From the NCBI GenBank assembly GCA_040302145.1, contig JBEORG010000021.1: DNA of 64,000 bases; one strand, written 5' to 3'. Source of the DNA: Spirillospora sp. NPDC127506. GTDB lineage: Bacteria > Actinomycetota > Actinomycetes > Streptosporangiales > Streptosporangiaceae. The translations under genes and the position numbers were made by a program. Under the pieces are notes generated by a model, which had not been told where the DNA came from, searched no databases, and saw only the letters and a program-made list of their open reading frames with translations. Below, one piece after another: positions 8,540-18,680 of this stretch (its first letter is position 1; every line of letters starts with the position of its first letter).

Positions 8540-9532
8540 GTGTTTCCGGAAGGCCCCGCATTGCTCCGTCGCATCACCCCCGCCGCCTGGCTGGGGGCCT
8601 TCGCCATGCTCGTCCCGACCCCGCTCGCGGCCCATTCCGCCGCGCTCGCCGGCACGGGCGCGCGGGTCGTCGCCGAGGCGCCCGTAGCGTCCCGGACGGT
8701 CGACCTGACGATCGACTCGCCGGCCGTGGACGGCCGGCAGAAGGTCCGCCTCCTGCTCCCCCGCGGCTGGTCGAAGGACGCGCACCGCACCTGGCCCACC
8801 CTGTGGCTGCTGCACGGCGGCGTCGACGACTACACCGCCTGGACGCGCGACACCGACGTCGCGCGGCTCACCGCCCGCAGCGACGTGATCGTCGTCATGC
8901 CGGACGCCGGCCGCTGCGGCAACTACTCCGACTGGTGGAACTACGGGAAGGGCGGCTCCCCGCGATGGGAGACGTTCCACATGACCGAACTCCGCCGCAT
9001 TCTCGAAGACGGCTACCGCGCCGGATCCGAACGCGTGATCGCGGGCAATTCCATGGGCGGTCTCGGCGCCATGCTCTACGCGGCCCGCTTCCCCGGCATG
9101 TTCAGGGCCGCCGCGTCGTTCAGCGGCTACGTCGACACCCTCCACGGCCACGAGCCGGGCGACGACTCGATCGGCTGGGGACCGTCCTTCGCCTGCCCCG
9201 GCACCGACTGGCGGCGGGTGTGGGGCGACCCCGACGACCAGTCCGACGTGTGGCGCGCGCACAACCCGACCGACCTCGCCGGGCGGCTGCGCGGCGTCCG
9301 GCTGTGGGTGGCGAGCGGCAACGGCGAGCGCGGGCCGCTCGGCCGGCTGCCGTTCACCGACCCGGTGGAGGCCGCCGCCGCCGGCAACGCGCACGCGTTC
9401 GTGGACCGGCTGCGCGACCTCGGCGTGCCGGTGACGGCCCGGTTCTTCGACGGGCAGCACGACTGGCCGTACTGGCAGCGCGACCTGCACGAGGTGTACC
9501 CGATGCTGATGGACGCCCTCGGGACGCGGTAA
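8540..9532 (+). CDS. Secreted esterase-family protein (paralogue of 470-1723)
   Basis: 330 aa. TWPTLWLLHGG, KGGSPRWETFHMTEL, GNSMGG. The N-terminus is signal/TAT-like (RRITPAAWLGAFAMLVPTPLAAHSA). Confidence 0.8.
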   Translation: MFPEGPALLRRITPAAWLGAFAMLVPTPLAAHSAALAGTGARVVAEAPVASRTVDLTIDSPAVDGRQKVRLLLPRGWSKDAHRTWPTLWLLHGGVDDYTAWTRDTDVARLTARSDVIVVMPDAGRCGNYSDWWNYGKGGSPRWETFHMTELRRILEDGYRAGSERVIAGNSMGGLGAMLYAARFPGMFRAAASFSGYVDTLHGHEPGDDSIGWGPSFACPGTDWRRVWGDPDDQSDVWRAHNPTDLAGRLRGVRLWVASGNGERGPLGRLPFTDPVEAAAAGNAHAFVDRLRDLGVPVTARFFDGQHDWPYWQRDLHEVYPMLMDALGTR

Positions 9533-9572
9533 GAGGTCGCGGGTAGGGGGCGCGGGGGTCGCGCGGTGGTGG

Positions 9573-10787
9573 TCAGCTCCGGCCCGCCGCCGGCAGGTCC
9601 CCCTGCCCCGGCCAGCCGTGCCATTCGACGAGGAGGACGGTGGCGTCGTCGTCGAGGCGTCCGCCGTGGTGGTCCAGGATCCTGTGGATGAGGCGCCGCA
9701 GGGTCTCGGGGGCGGGCAGCCCGTCGGCCTCGTGGCGGATGACGAAGTCCACGAAGCGGTGGAGGCCGAACTCCCGCTTGTCCGGGTCGCGCGCCTCCAC
9801 GATGCCGTCCGTGTAGAACAGGACGCGGTCGCCGGGTTCGAGCTGCTCGATGCACAGCTCGGGCGGGACGCCGAGGCCGGTGCCGAGCGGCGTCCCCGGC
9901 GGGCAGTCGAGCACGGTCACCCAGCGCCCCTTGCGGATGACGACCGGCGCCGGATGGCCGTGCGAGATCCACGACATGATGCCCGAGCGCAGGTCGAGCT
10001 CCGCCATGACCGCCGTCACGAAGCGCCCGCTGCCGTCCTGCTCGGCCAGCACCTCCTCGATCCCCTGCCCCGCCTCGACGAGCCCGGCCCGCTGCACCCG
10101 GCAGTTGCGGAAGGCCGCGATGGCGAGGCTGGAGGTGAGCCCGGACCTGGTGTCGTGCCCCATCGCGTCGAAGACCCCGAAGTGGACGGTGTCCCCGGCC
10201 AGCGCGTAGTCGAAGGTGTCGCCGCCCAGCTTGTAGGCCGGTTCCAGCGCGGCGCTGATGACCACCTGGTCGTTGGCGAAGGACAGCGGCGGCAGCAGCC
10301 GCCACTGCATCTCCGCCGACACCGTCATGTCCCGCGTGCGCACCAGCCGGGAGAGCGAGTCGCTGTAGGGGCCCTTGCTGATGATGATGAGCGCGGCCAT
10401 CCCGGCGAGGTACTCGGCGTCGTCCCTGGCCCGGGGGTCGTCCTTGCGGATGGTGGCCCTGATCACCCCGATCCGCTCGGAGCCGTCGAGGATCGGCAGC
10501 CAGTACTGGCAGGTGCCGTCGTCGAACGAGTGCCCGACCACCGGCGTCATGGTCTGGAACGCCCGGCCCGCGATCGTCCCCTCGATCTTGAGTTCCGGGC
10601 TCTCGTCCCCGGGGTCTCCCCCGGCGTCCACGCCCTTGCCGGTCAGCAGCCGCAGCACCGTCTGCTGAAGGTCGGAGATGTAGATCACGACATCGTGCAG
10701 GCCCACGTCCGCGGCGTACCGGGCCGCCGCGCCCGGCAGCTGCTCCATGGACATCAGGTGGCTCGCCGCCACCAGCTCTCTCAGCAT
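9573..10787 (-). CDS. PP2C-family (SpoIIE-like) protein serine/threonine phosphatase with N-terminal GAF-like sensor domain
   Basis: 404 aa. The C-terminal half has the PP2C/SpoIIE pattern (GDTFDYA...GVFDAMGHD...FYTDGIVEAR...DDATVLLVEW). Confidence 0.8.
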   Translation of the reverse strand: MLRELVAASHLMSMEQLPGAAARYAADVGLHDVVIYISDLQQTVLRLLTGKGVDAGGDPGDESPELKIEGTIAGRAFQTMTPVVGHSFDDGTCQYWLPILDGSERIGVIRATIRKDDPRARDDAEYLAGMAALIIISKGPYSDSLSRLVRTRDMTVSAEMQWRLLPPLSFANDQVVISAALEPAYKLGGDTFDYALAGDTVHFGVFDAMGHDTRSGLTSSLAIAAFRNCRVQRAGLVEAGQGIEEVLAEQDGSGRFVTAVMAELDLRSGIMSWISHGHPAPVVIRKGRWVTVLDCPPGTPLGTGLGVPPELCIEQLEPGDRVLFYTDGIVEARDPDKREFGLHRFVDFVIRHEADGLPAPETLRRLIHRILDHHGGRLDDDATVLLVEWHGWPGQGDLPAAGRS

Positions 10788-10836
10788 CGGTCCGGTGCCT
10801 CACGCTTCCGGCTGCGCACCCCCCTACTCCCCGTCC

Positions 10837-11325
10837 CTACCCTCCTGCTCCCGCCTCATGTGACGTGCGGTCCGAGGACGGCCAGACGTACGGGAGATCG
10901 TCCGGGACGCCGGGGAACAGAGGGCCGTAGAAGGCGGGGTCCTTCCGGACGAGCGCCGACCGGTGGCTGAGGTGGAAGTCCGGGTCGCCGAGCCAGGGCG
11001 GCAGCTCGCCGGCCGCGGCCAGCCGGTCCTGCGGCCGCGGCCGCCCGAGGCCCGTCGCCCCGGCCAGGTCGGCGACCAGCGTCCCGGCGCAGGTGTCGGC
11101 GTGGCCGAGGGCGCACCAGCGATCGCACATCTCCAGGCCGTACCGGACGAGCGCCTCCGCGTAGCCGGTCCACATCAGCGCCGCCGGGTGGCGGCGCCAG
11201 CCGTACCCGGGCACGGTGAGCGCCCGGAGCACCTGGATCGTCTCGACGCGCTGCTTGCCGAGCCTCCGCCGGTCCAGCACGCGGGCCGTTTCCGTGAAGT
11301 CCGCATACGGCAGGAATGTCTGCAC
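10837..11325 (-). CDS. MSMEG_6728-like / pyrimidine-dimer DNA glycosylase-like small protein
   Basis: 162 aa. MQTFLPYADFTETARVLDRRRLGKQRVE...HPAALMW resembles the conserved N-terminus of that family. Confidence 0.45.
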   Translation of the reverse strand: MQTFLPYADFTETARVLDRRRLGKQRVETIQVLRALTVPGYGWRRHPAALMWTGYAEALVRYGLEMCDRWCALGHADTCAGTLVADLAGATGLGRPRPQDRLAAAGELPPWLGDPDFHLSHRSALVRKDPAFYGPLFPGVPDDLPYVWPSSDRTSHEAGAGG

Positions 11326-11566
11326 AACCGCCCCCTCGTTCCCCCGTGTCCCCCCCGGTACCTACCCACCGCCGTGCGGGGCGGGCCGGCGGGTGAGATG
11401 GGACACACCGGCGGCGGCGCCCGCGCGGCTTCGGGACCGTTCAAAAGCACAGGTCACGGGCGGGGCTTATCGTTTTCTGACAAACCGCACCGGAAAGGCG
11501 GGCCATGAATTCCCGGAAGGACTGTGCTAAAACCCGTCTGGGGTTCGGCGAAGCGGAGGGAACGCT

Positions 11567-12430
11567 ATGGGCGCGGCGGAGGCTCTCGCACAGGTGGCCG
11601 ACACGGACCGTTATCCGCTGACCGACCTGGACGGCGCCCGCCGGCGCGAGATCGTTTCCCGGACCCGGGACGAACTGGCGAAATCGGGGTGCTGCGTGCT
11701 GCCCGACTTCATTCGTCCCGCATTGCAGGAGGCGCTGCGCGCGGAATGCGCGGCGATCGCCCCGTCCGCCCATTATGACGTCGAAACGGTGAACGCCTAC
11801 AACATCGATGTCGGCACCCCATTGCCGGACGGCCATCCCGGGCGTATCACCGTCCAGCGGGGCAACGCGTTCGTCGCGCGCGACCGCATCCCGGCCGGGT
11901 CCATCGTGCACCGGCTCTATTCGAACGAGCTGTTCCAGCGGTTCGTGGCGAGCTGCTTCGGGCTGCCGCGCGTGCACGAGCTGGGCGACCCGCTGTCGGG
12001 GCTGGTCCTGAACGTGGTCAGGCCGGGGATGGAGCATCCCTGGCATTTCGACACCAACGAGTTCACCGTCAGCCTGCTCACGCAGGAGCCGGAGGAGGGG
12101 GGCGTCTTCGAGTACTGCCCGAACATCAGGACGGCGGAGCGGGAGAACTTCGCCGACGTCCGGGACGTGCTCACCGGGCGCGGCGACCGGTTCGTCCAGC
12201 GGCTCACGCTGCGGCCCGGCGACCTGCAGCTGTTCAAGGGGCGGTACTCGCTGCACCGGGTGAGCACGGTCCGGGGGGACACGGCGCGGCACACGGCGAT
12301 CTTCGCCTACAGCGAGCGCCCGGGGGTCATCGGCAGCGTCGCGCGGACGAGGCAGCTCTTCGGCCGCGTGCTGCCCGAGCACCTGGCGGCGGAGGGGCGC
12401 GCCGTCCGGGTCGACCGGTTGCTGGACTAG
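11567..12430 (+). CDS. Putative Fe(II)/2-oxoglutarate-dependent oxygenase (cupin fold, HxD...H)
   Basis: 287 aa. HPWHFDTNEF (HxD) and a distal His (LHRV), plus an Arg-containing C-terminal strand. Family assignment is by motif only. Confidence 0.5.
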   Translation: MGAAEALAQVADTDRYPLTDLDGARRREIVSRTRDELAKSGCCVLPDFIRPALQEALRAECAAIAPSAHYDVETVNAYNIDVGTPLPDGHPGRITVQRGNAFVARDRIPAGSIVHRLYSNELFQRFVASCFGLPRVHELGDPLSGLVLNVVRPGMEHPWHFDTNEFTVSLLTQEPEEGGVFEYCPNIRTAERENFADVRDVLTGRGDRFVQRLTLRPGDLQLFKGRYSLHRVSTVRGDTARHTAIFAYSERPGVIGSVARTRQLFGRVLPEHLAAEGRAVRVDRLLD

Positions 12431-12443
12431 GAGAGGCCGTTTC

Positions 12444-13253
12444 TTGCGCGTCGACACGACTGGGAAGATCTCGCTCGACCACATCTACACGCGGCCCGAC
12501 CCCCGCGCCTATTTCAGCACGCTCCGCGATCTCGACTACAACATCCCGGAACTGGCGAAACCGCATTTCCTGCGGCTCATCGCCGAATACCGGGAGGCGC
12601 GCCGGGTCGCCGTCCCGACCGTGCTCGACATCGGCTGCTCGTACGGCATCAACGCGGCCCTGGTGAAGCACGGCGCGACGATGGCCGAGCTGTACGATCG
12701 CTACAGCGGCCGCGACGCCCACCGGCGGACGCGCGCCGAACTGCTGGCCCGCGACCGGGAGCTGGTCCGTTCCGGTGAACCCGCGAACCGCGTCCGCTTC
12801 CTCGGCCTGGACGCCTCGGACGGCGCCCTTTCCTACGCGCTCGAGGCCGGTTTCCTCGACGGCGCCGTGCACGCCGACCTGGAAAGCGGCGAGCCGACCG
12901 GCGAACAGCGCGCGCAACTCGCCGCGACGGACGTGGTCATCTCCACGGGCTGCCTCGGCTATGTCACCGAACGCACCATTTCCCGGATCGTCGGCGCCTG
13001 CGCGGCCCGGCCGCCGTGGATGGCGCATTTCATCCTGCGCATGTTCCCCTTCGACCCGATCGCGGACGCCCTGGCCGCCGCCGGATACGAGACCGTCCGC
13101 CGCGACGGGCTGTTCCGGCAGCGGAGGTTCGCGACGCCGGAGGAGCAGGCGTCCGTCCTGGAGCGCCTCGCGGAGCTCGGGGTCGACCCGTCCGGCCTGG
13201 AGACCGGCGGCTGGTACTACGCGCAGCTCTACATTTCCCGCCCGCGCGGCTGA
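12444..13253 (+). CDS. Class I SAM-dependent methyltransferase
   Basis: 269 aa with a glycine-rich SAM motif (VLDIGCSYGINAA). It follows 11567-12430 with a 13-bp gap, suggesting an operon. Confidence 0.65.
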   Translation: MRVDTTGKISLDHIYTRPDPRAYFSTLRDLDYNIPELAKPHFLRLIAEYREARRVAVPTVLDIGCSYGINAALVKHGATMAELYDRYSGRDAHRRTRAELLARDRELVRSGEPANRVRFLGLDASDGALSYALEAGFLDGAVHADLESGEPTGEQRAQLAATDVVISTGCLGYVTERTISRIVGACAARPPWMAHFILRMFPFDPIADALAAAGYETVRRDGLFRQRRFATPEEQASVLERLAELGVDPSGLETGGWYYAQLYISRPRG

Positions 13254-13277
13254 GGCACCGACACAACGAGGAACGAA

Positions 13278-15071
13278 GTGAACGCCAGCGAAGAACTCTC
13301 GTCCCGCACCTTCGGCAACGAGGCGAGCCTGCCGCGCGTGCCGCTGCCCACGCTCGACGCGACCTGCGAGCGGTTCATGGAATGGTGCGGGCCGCTGCTG
13401 ACCGACGACGAGCGCGCCGAGACGGAGGCGGCGCTCGCCGAGTTCGCCCGCCCGGACGGCCCCGGCCGCGTGCTGCACGCGGAGCTCGAACGCTACGACG
13501 CGAGCGAGGGCGTGCACAGCTGGCTCGACACGTTCTGGCCGTACCGGTACCTCGGCCGCCGCGACCGGATCGCGTTGAACGCGAACTTCTTCTTCCTGTT
13601 CAAGGAGTCGCCGGAGGGCCAGGTGGAGCGCGCCGCCGGGCTCATCGCCGGGGCGCTGGACTACAAGCTGCGGCTGGACGAGGAGCGGATCCCGCCGGCC
13701 GTGCAGCGCGGCCGCCCGCTGTCGATGGCGCAGAACCGGTTCCTGTTCTCCACGACGCGCATCCCCGGCGCCGAGCAGGACACCGTCCGGGCGCCCTACA
13801 CCGACGCGTGGCCCGGCCCGTCCCGCGCCCGGCACATCGTGGTCTTCTTCCGCGGCAACATGATCCGGATGGACGTGCTCGGCCCGGACGGCCGCCCCCA
13901 CACGCTGGACGAGCTGCGGGCCGGTCTGGGCACGATCCTGAAGGCGGAGCCGGCCGCGGAGCCGTCCACCGGGCACCTCACGACCAAGGCCCGCGCCGAG
14001 TGGGCGGCGAGCCGCGACGCGCTGCTGGCCCTCGGCAACGAGAAGGCGCTCGACGAGGTTGAGACGGCGCTGTTCTGCGTCTGCCTGGAGGACTTCGCCC
14101 CGGTGAGCGCCCTCGACGCCTGCGACCACCTCCTCCACGGCGACAGCGGCAACCGCTGGTTCGACAAGGCCGTGTCGTTCATCGTGTTCGGCGACGGGAC
14201 GGCGGGCGTCAACGTCGAGCACTGCGGCCTGGACGGCACCACGATCCTCGGCTTCGTCGACACCCTGCTCGGCACGTCCCCCGAGGAGGCGTCCCGGCGT
14301 TCGGGCGCCGCGCCGCAGGGGCTCCCCGCCATCGAGCCGATCGAGTTCGCCCTGGACGGCGCCATGCGGCGGGACATCGAGGACGCCGCGGCCTCGTTCG
14401 CCGCCTACGCCGCCGCGACCGCGACGACGACCGTGTCGTTCGACGACTTCGGCGCCGACGAGGCCAAGCGCCTGAAGACGTCGCCGGACGCGTTCGTCCA
14501 GATGGCCTACCAGCTCGCCCACAAGCGGGCGAAGGGCCTCACCGGCGCCACCTACGAGTCGATCGCCACCCGCCAGTACCGGCACGGGCGCACCGAGGCG
14601 ATGCGCGTCGTCACCCCCGAGGTGCTCGACTTCGTCGCGGCCATGGACGACCCGGCGGCCGGTCCCGAGGCCCGCCGGGACGCCTTCCGCGCCGCCGCCG
14701 AGGCCCATGTCCGCCGCGCGAAGGAGTGCCAGGCCGGGCAGGCGCCCGAGCAGCACCTCTGGGAGCTGCAGCTGATCGCGAAGCGGCGCGGGGCCGAGCT
14801 CGGCGTCACCGAGCCGCTGCCCCTCTTCGACACGCCCGGCTGGCTGAAGATGCGGGACGACTACCTCAGCACCAGCTCGGCGCCGTCCGCCAACATCCGG
14901 TACTTCGGGTTCGGCTCGACGAGCGAGCAGTGCATCGGCGTCGCCTACGTCCTCCTCCCGGACCGCTTCAACCTGTACCTGAGCACCCCGCGGCCGGTCG
15001 CCGGCGCGATGCACGTGTTCGCCGACAGGCTCCGCGAGGCCGTCCGGGAACTCCGCGACCTCCTCTCCTGA
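13278..15071 (+). CDS. Choline/carnitine O-acyltransferase family protein
   Basis: 597 aa. VNVEHCGLDGT matches the catalytic His motif (EHSxxDG) of carnitine/choline acyltransferases. The length and the C-terminal STPR region fit the family. Confidence 0.65.
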   Translation: MNASEELSSRTFGNEASLPRVPLPTLDATCERFMEWCGPLLTDDERAETEAALAEFARPDGPGRVLHAELERYDASEGVHSWLDTFWPYRYLGRRDRIALNANFFFLFKESPEGQVERAAGLIAGALDYKLRLDEERIPPAVQRGRPLSMAQNRFLFSTTRIPGAEQDTVRAPYTDAWPGPSRARHIVVFFRGNMIRMDVLGPDGRPHTLDELRAGLGTILKAEPAAEPSTGHLTTKARAEWAASRDALLALGNEKALDEVETALFCVCLEDFAPVSALDACDHLLHGDSGNRWFDKAVSFIVFGDGTAGVNVEHCGLDGTTILGFVDTLLGTSPEEASRRSGAAPQGLPAIEPIEFALDGAMRRDIEDAAASFAAYAAATATTTVSFDDFGADEAKRLKTSPDAFVQMAYQLAHKRAKGLTGATYESIATRQYRHGRTEAMRVVTPEVLDFVAAMDDPAAGPEARRDAFRAAAEAHVRRAKECQAGQAPEQHLWELQLIAKRRGAELGVTEPLPLFDTPGWLKMRDDYLSTSSAPSANIRYFGFGSTSEQCIGVAYVLLPDRFNLYLSTPRPVAGAMHVFADRLREAVRELRDLLS

Positions 15072-15109
15072 GCGTGCCCTCCTGAACGTTCTCTCCTGAG
15101 CGCGGCCGG

Positions 15110-15685
15110 TCAGCGGCCCGGCCGGGCGGGCCGGTGGGTCCGCCCGGCCGGGTACAGCCAGCGGCGGAGCAGGCGGCTGAGCGCGGGCATGATGACCACG
15201 GTGAGCAGCGGGATCACGATCACCGGGAAGGTCAGCGCCTGCAGCGGCACCGGCCACGCCTTCGTCAGCGGCGTCGCGAACGCGTTCAGCAGCAGGCTCA
15301 GCGGATAGACCGCGCAGAACGTCACAATGATCATCTTCGCCTTGGACGGCGCCGGGACGGACTCCCCGGGCAGGTTGAACCACGTCTCCAGCCCGGTGGT
15401 GTCCTGGTGGTGCTCCTCGGCGATGCCGCGGAGCCGGCCGATCCACTCCTCGCGATCGGGCGACTCCAGCCACCGGTCCAGGCTGTCCTGGCCGGAGAAG
15501 TGCACGACCGTGTAGTAGCGGTGCCGGGACCCCTCGGCCCGCAGCCACGTGGCGCCCCGGTGCCCCGGGTGGCTCGTCGCGACCCGGTGGAGCCCTTCGG
15601 CCCACTCCTCGAAGTCGCGCTCCCGGCCGGGTTTCACGTCCCACGTGACCACGAGCGTGACGGCCTCGGCGTCCGTTTCCGTCAT
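15110..15685 (-). CDS. ABM (antibiotic-biosynthesis-monooxygenase)-like domain fused to a C-terminal two-helix membrane segment
   Basis: 191 aa. The N-terminal ~100 aa are ABM-like (VTLVVTWDVKPGRERDFEEWAEGL...YYTVVHF). The C-terminus is hydrophobic. Confidence 0.45.
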   Translation of the reverse strand: MTETDAEAVTLVVTWDVKPGRERDFEEWAEGLHRVATSHPGHRGATWLRAEGSRHRYYTVVHFSGQDSLDRWLESPDREEWIGRLRGIAEEHHQDTTGLETWFNLPGESVPAPSKAKMIIVTFCAVYPLSLLLNAFATPLTKAWPVPLQALTFPVIVIPLLTVVIMPALSRLLRRWLYPAGRTHRPARPGR

Positions 15686-15733
15686 GTCCGAGGTGTCACC
15701 CGTCCCGGGCCGTCCATGCGCCGGCCGCCCGGG

Positions 15734-16942
15734 TCAGGTGGCGGCGAGCGCCTCGGTGGGGCTGAGGCGGGACGCCCGGATCGCCGGGTACAGGCCGGCC
15801 ACCGCGCCGATGAGGAGGGTGGCCGCCATGCCGCCGAGCACCGCCCACGCGGGGATGACGACCGGCCACCCCTGGTAGGCGGCGTACCCGGCGGTGACGA
15901 GCGCCCCGGCGAACGCGCCGCCGATCCCGCCCAGCAGCGACAGCAGCAGCGACTCGGCGAGGAACTGGGTGCGGATCTGGCCGCGGGTCGCGCCCAGCGA
16001 GCGGCGCAGCCCGATCTCCGCGCGGCGCTCCAGCACCGAGATGACCATGGTGTTGGCCACCCCGACGCCGCCGACGAGCAGCGCGACCGCGCCGAGGCCG
16101 AGCAGCAGCCCGGTGAACGCCTCGCCCGCCGCCTTCTTCGCGGCGAGGGCGTCCGACGGCCGCGACACCTCCACCTCGTTCGGCGCCGCCGGGTTCGCGG
16201 TCGCGCCGAGCACCGCCCGGACGTCCTCGACCCGCGCGTCCGCCGACCGGGTGTAGATCGTCGTCGGATGCCCGTCGAAGCCGAGCCGCGACTGCGCCGC
16301 CGGCCAGCCGACCAGGGCGGCGGTGTCCAGCTCGGGGGCCAGCGGCACCGGCTCCAGGATGCCGATCACCGTGAAGAGGCGGCCCCCGACCAGCACCTGG
16401 ACGTCGGGCGCCGCGTGGCCGATGCCGAGGCGCTCCGCGGCGGCCGACCCGAGCACCACCGCCGGGAAGCCGCCGGTCGCGGTGTTCAGCCAGACGCCGT
16501 GGCTCAGCTCGGCCCCCGTCGCGTCGCGCAGGTCCGTGCGGGCCGCGTAGACGGCGATCCCGTTGGTCTCGGTCTTCGGGATCTTCGACGTCCGGTAGAC
16601 CTTCGCGTCGTCCACCAGGCCGATCGCCGACACCCGCCGCACCGGCGCGATGCGGGCCACCATGCTCTCGGCCTCGACCGGAAGCTGCGCCTTCTCCCCG
16701 GTGAGCGTGCTGCCGGGCGAGACCGTCAGCAGGTTCGTGCCGAGCGCGGCGAGCGCGCGGTCCAGGTCGGCGCGGGAGGACGAGGACACGCCGGCGACGG
16801 CGACCATCGCGGCGATCCCGATCGCGATGCCGAGCGCGGACAGGAAGGCCCGCAGCGGGCGGGTCCGCAGGCCGACCGCGCCGACCTTGACCACGTCGCC
16901 CGGCCGCAGCCGCGCGGGCCGCAGCGTGCCCGGCGCCGTCAC
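15734..16942 (-). CDS. ABC transporter permease, FtsX/MacB-like
   Basis: 402 aa. N-terminal TM, large periplasmic domain and C-terminal FtsX-like 3-TM bundle. Overlaps the ATPase gene by 4 bp. Confidence 0.85.
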   Translation of the reverse strand: MTAPGTLRPARLRPGDVVKVGAVGLRTRPLRAFLSALGIAIGIAAMVAVAGVSSSSRADLDRALAALGTNLLTVSPGSTLTGEKAQLPVEAESMVARIAPVRRVSAIGLVDDAKVYRTSKIPKTETNGIAVYAARTDLRDATGAELSHGVWLNTATGGFPAVVLGSAAAERLGIGHAAPDVQVLVGGRLFTVIGILEPVPLAPELDTAALVGWPAAQSRLGFDGHPTTIYTRSADARVEDVRAVLGATANPAAPNEVEVSRPSDALAAKKAAGEAFTGLLLGLGAVALLVGGVGVANTMVISVLERRAEIGLRRSLGATRGQIRTQFLAESLLLSLLGGIGGAFAGALVTAGYAAYQGWPVVIPAWAVLGGMAATLLIGAVAGLYPAIRASRLSPTEALAAT

Positions 16943-17619
16943 GTCGCCGCCCCGGCCGGGACCGAGTCGGCGACGACGCGGCCGTCCCGCATCCGGACGC
17001 GGCGCGGCAGCCCGGCCGCGATCTCCCGGTCGTGCGTGATGATCACGACGGTGGTCCCGGCCGCGTGCAGCTCGCGGAGCAGCGCCATCACCCCGTCCCC
17101 GGACGCCGAGTCGAGCGCGCCGGTCGGCTCGTCCGCGAGCAGCAGCGCGGGGTCCCCGGCGACGGCCCGCGCGATCGCGACCCGCTGCCGCTCCCCGCCG
17201 GACAGCTCGTGCGGCTCGTGGTCCAGCCGGTGGCCGAGCCCGACCCGCTCCAGCGCCGCGGCCGCCCGGCGGCGCCGCGCCGCCGCGCGCAGGCCGGTGT
17301 AGAGGAGGCCGTCGGCGACGTTGTCGAGCGCCCGCGTGCCGGCCGCCAGGTGGAAGTGCTGGAAGACGAACCCGATCCGGGTCGCGCGCAGCGCCGACAG
17401 TTCGGCGTCCGAGAGCCGCCCCACGTCGTGCCCGCCGATGCGGACGACGCCCGAGGTGGGGCGGTCCAGCGTGCCGAGGACGTTCAGCATGGTGGTCTTC
17501 CCCGAGCCGGACGGCCCGGCGATCGCCACCAGCTCGCCCGCCGCGATGTCCAGCGACACCCCGGCGAGGGCGTCGACGCCGCCGGGATACCGCTTCGTCA
17601 CGTCCCGCAGCTCGATCAT
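16939..17619 (-). CDS. ABC transporter ATP-binding protein (MacB/LolD-type)
   Basis: [11 protein letters not shown]...GPSGSGKTT (Walker A)...[14 protein letters not shown] (signature)...[12 protein letters not shown] (Walker B). The start ATG overlaps the stop of the upstream gene (ATGA). Confidence 0.9.
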   Translation of the reverse strand: MIELRDVTKRYPGGVDALAGVSLDIAAGELVAIAGPSGSGKTTMLNVLGTLDRPTSGVVRIGGHDVGRLSDAELSALRATRIGFVFQHFHLAAGTRALDNVADGLLYTGLRAAARRRRAAAALERVGLGHRLDHEPHELSGGERQRVAIARAVAGDPALLLADEPTGALDSASGDGVMALLRELHAAGTTVVIITHDREIAAGLPRRVRMRDGRVVADSVPAGAAT

Positions 17620-18680
17620 TCCGGCACCCCCACGACCGTGCCCTCGGTGATCCCCGGGCCGGAGATCTCCACCTTCCCGTCCGCGAACAGGCCGGTCTCG
17701 ACCGGGACGTAGCCGGACGTCGCGCCCTTCACGACCTCCACCCCGAAACCGCCCTCGCTCAGCGCGACCAGCGCGGTGACCGGGACCGCCAGCACGTTCT
17801 CGCGCGTCCCGGCGGTGAAGGCGACGTCGACCGAGGCGAGCGCGTAGCGGGCGGCGGCCTTCTTCGCCTTTGCGGAGTCGAGCCAGATCGTCACCTCGAC
17901 CTTCGTCGTCGGATCCTGGCCCTGCTCCCCCGGCTCGATCACCGTCGCGACCTCGTCGATCTTCGCGGTGACGGTCTCGTTCTCCGGCAGCGTCACGGCC
18001 ACCTCGGCGCCCTTCTTCGCCAGGCGCTGGTCGGCGGTGTCGAGCTCGACGGTGACGGCCTTGCGGGTGCCCGTGCAGGACAGGATCTTCTTGCCGGGCG
18101 CGACCGGTTCGCCGGGATCGGCCTGGACGCTGTCGATCCGGACGGGCCCGTCCGCGAACGCGACCCGGCCGAGCTCGACGACACCGGTCTCCGGCACGCC
18201 GATGTCGTCCTGCCATTCCCGGACGGCCTCGGCCGTGCCGGACGTGTAGTCGTCGTCCACCGTGAAGCCGCCGTAGCCGAGCGCGCTGAGGTTCTTCTCG
18301 AACCGCTTCACGTCCGAGCCCTCGGTGCCGACCGTCAGCGCCCGGTAGGACGGCTTCGACCCGTACATCAGCACGACCGGGTCGCCGTCCACCTCGTAGA
18401 GCTCGTGGCCCCGGGTTATCTTGTCGCCGCTGTCCGGGACCTTGGTCAGCGTGCCCCTCAGCTGGCTCGTCACCGTCGACGCGGGGCCGTAGCCGAGCCG
18501 CCCGTCCTCGGTCTGCGTGTCGTGGAGCGTCTGCCGTTCGACCTTCGCGGTGCCGGGCGGCAGCGCCGACGCCGCCGCATCCCCGGGGCGGGAGCCGCCG
18601 CCGAGCGCGGCCACCGTCGCCGTTCCGCCGGCCGCGACGACCGCGCCGACCGCGAGCGCGACCGCGAGGCGCGACCTCAT
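17616..18680 (-). CDS. Efflux periplasmic adaptor / HlyD-MacA-like protein with peptidoglycan-binding-like domain
   Basis: Real frame starts at [18 protein letters not shown] (signal/anchor) within the long ORF 17616..19397. It has a beta-rich adaptor-like sequence and is in an operon with the ABC genes. Confidence 0.65.
   Translation of the reverse strand: MRSRLAVALAVGAVVAAGGTATVAALGGGSRPGDAAASALPPGTAKVERQTLHDTQTEDGRLGYGPASTVTSQLRGTLTKVPDSGDKITRGHELYEVDGDPVVLMYGSKPSYRALTVGTEGSDVKRFEKNLSALGYGGFTVDDDYTSGTAEAVREWQDDIGVPETGVVELGRVAFADGPVRIDSVQADPGEPVAPGKKILSCTGTRKAVTVELDTADQRLAKKGAEVAVTLPENETVTAKIDEVATVIEPGEQGQDPTTKVEVTIWLDSAKAKKAAARYALASVDVAFTAGTRENVLAVPVTALVALSEGGFGVEVVKGATSGYVPVETGLFADGKVEISGPGITEGTVVGVPE

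Noticed and set aside
11481-11530. GGAAT-N18-GTG sequence upstream of the glycosylase-like gene (possible SigR promoter)
   Set aside because: The -10 element is GTG, not the near-invariant GTT, and the distance to the start codon (~170 nt) is long. Likely a chance match.
12327-15644. 1105-aa minus-strand ORF spanning three plus-strand genes
   Set aside because: Highly repetitive Arg/Gly/Ala composition with no domains. The plus strand has three well-defined enzymes with motifs.
15134-17302. 722-aa plus ORF antisense to ABC permease/ATPase genes
   Set aside because: Low-complexity Arg/Pro/Gly translation. The antisense genes carry Walker and FtsX motifs.
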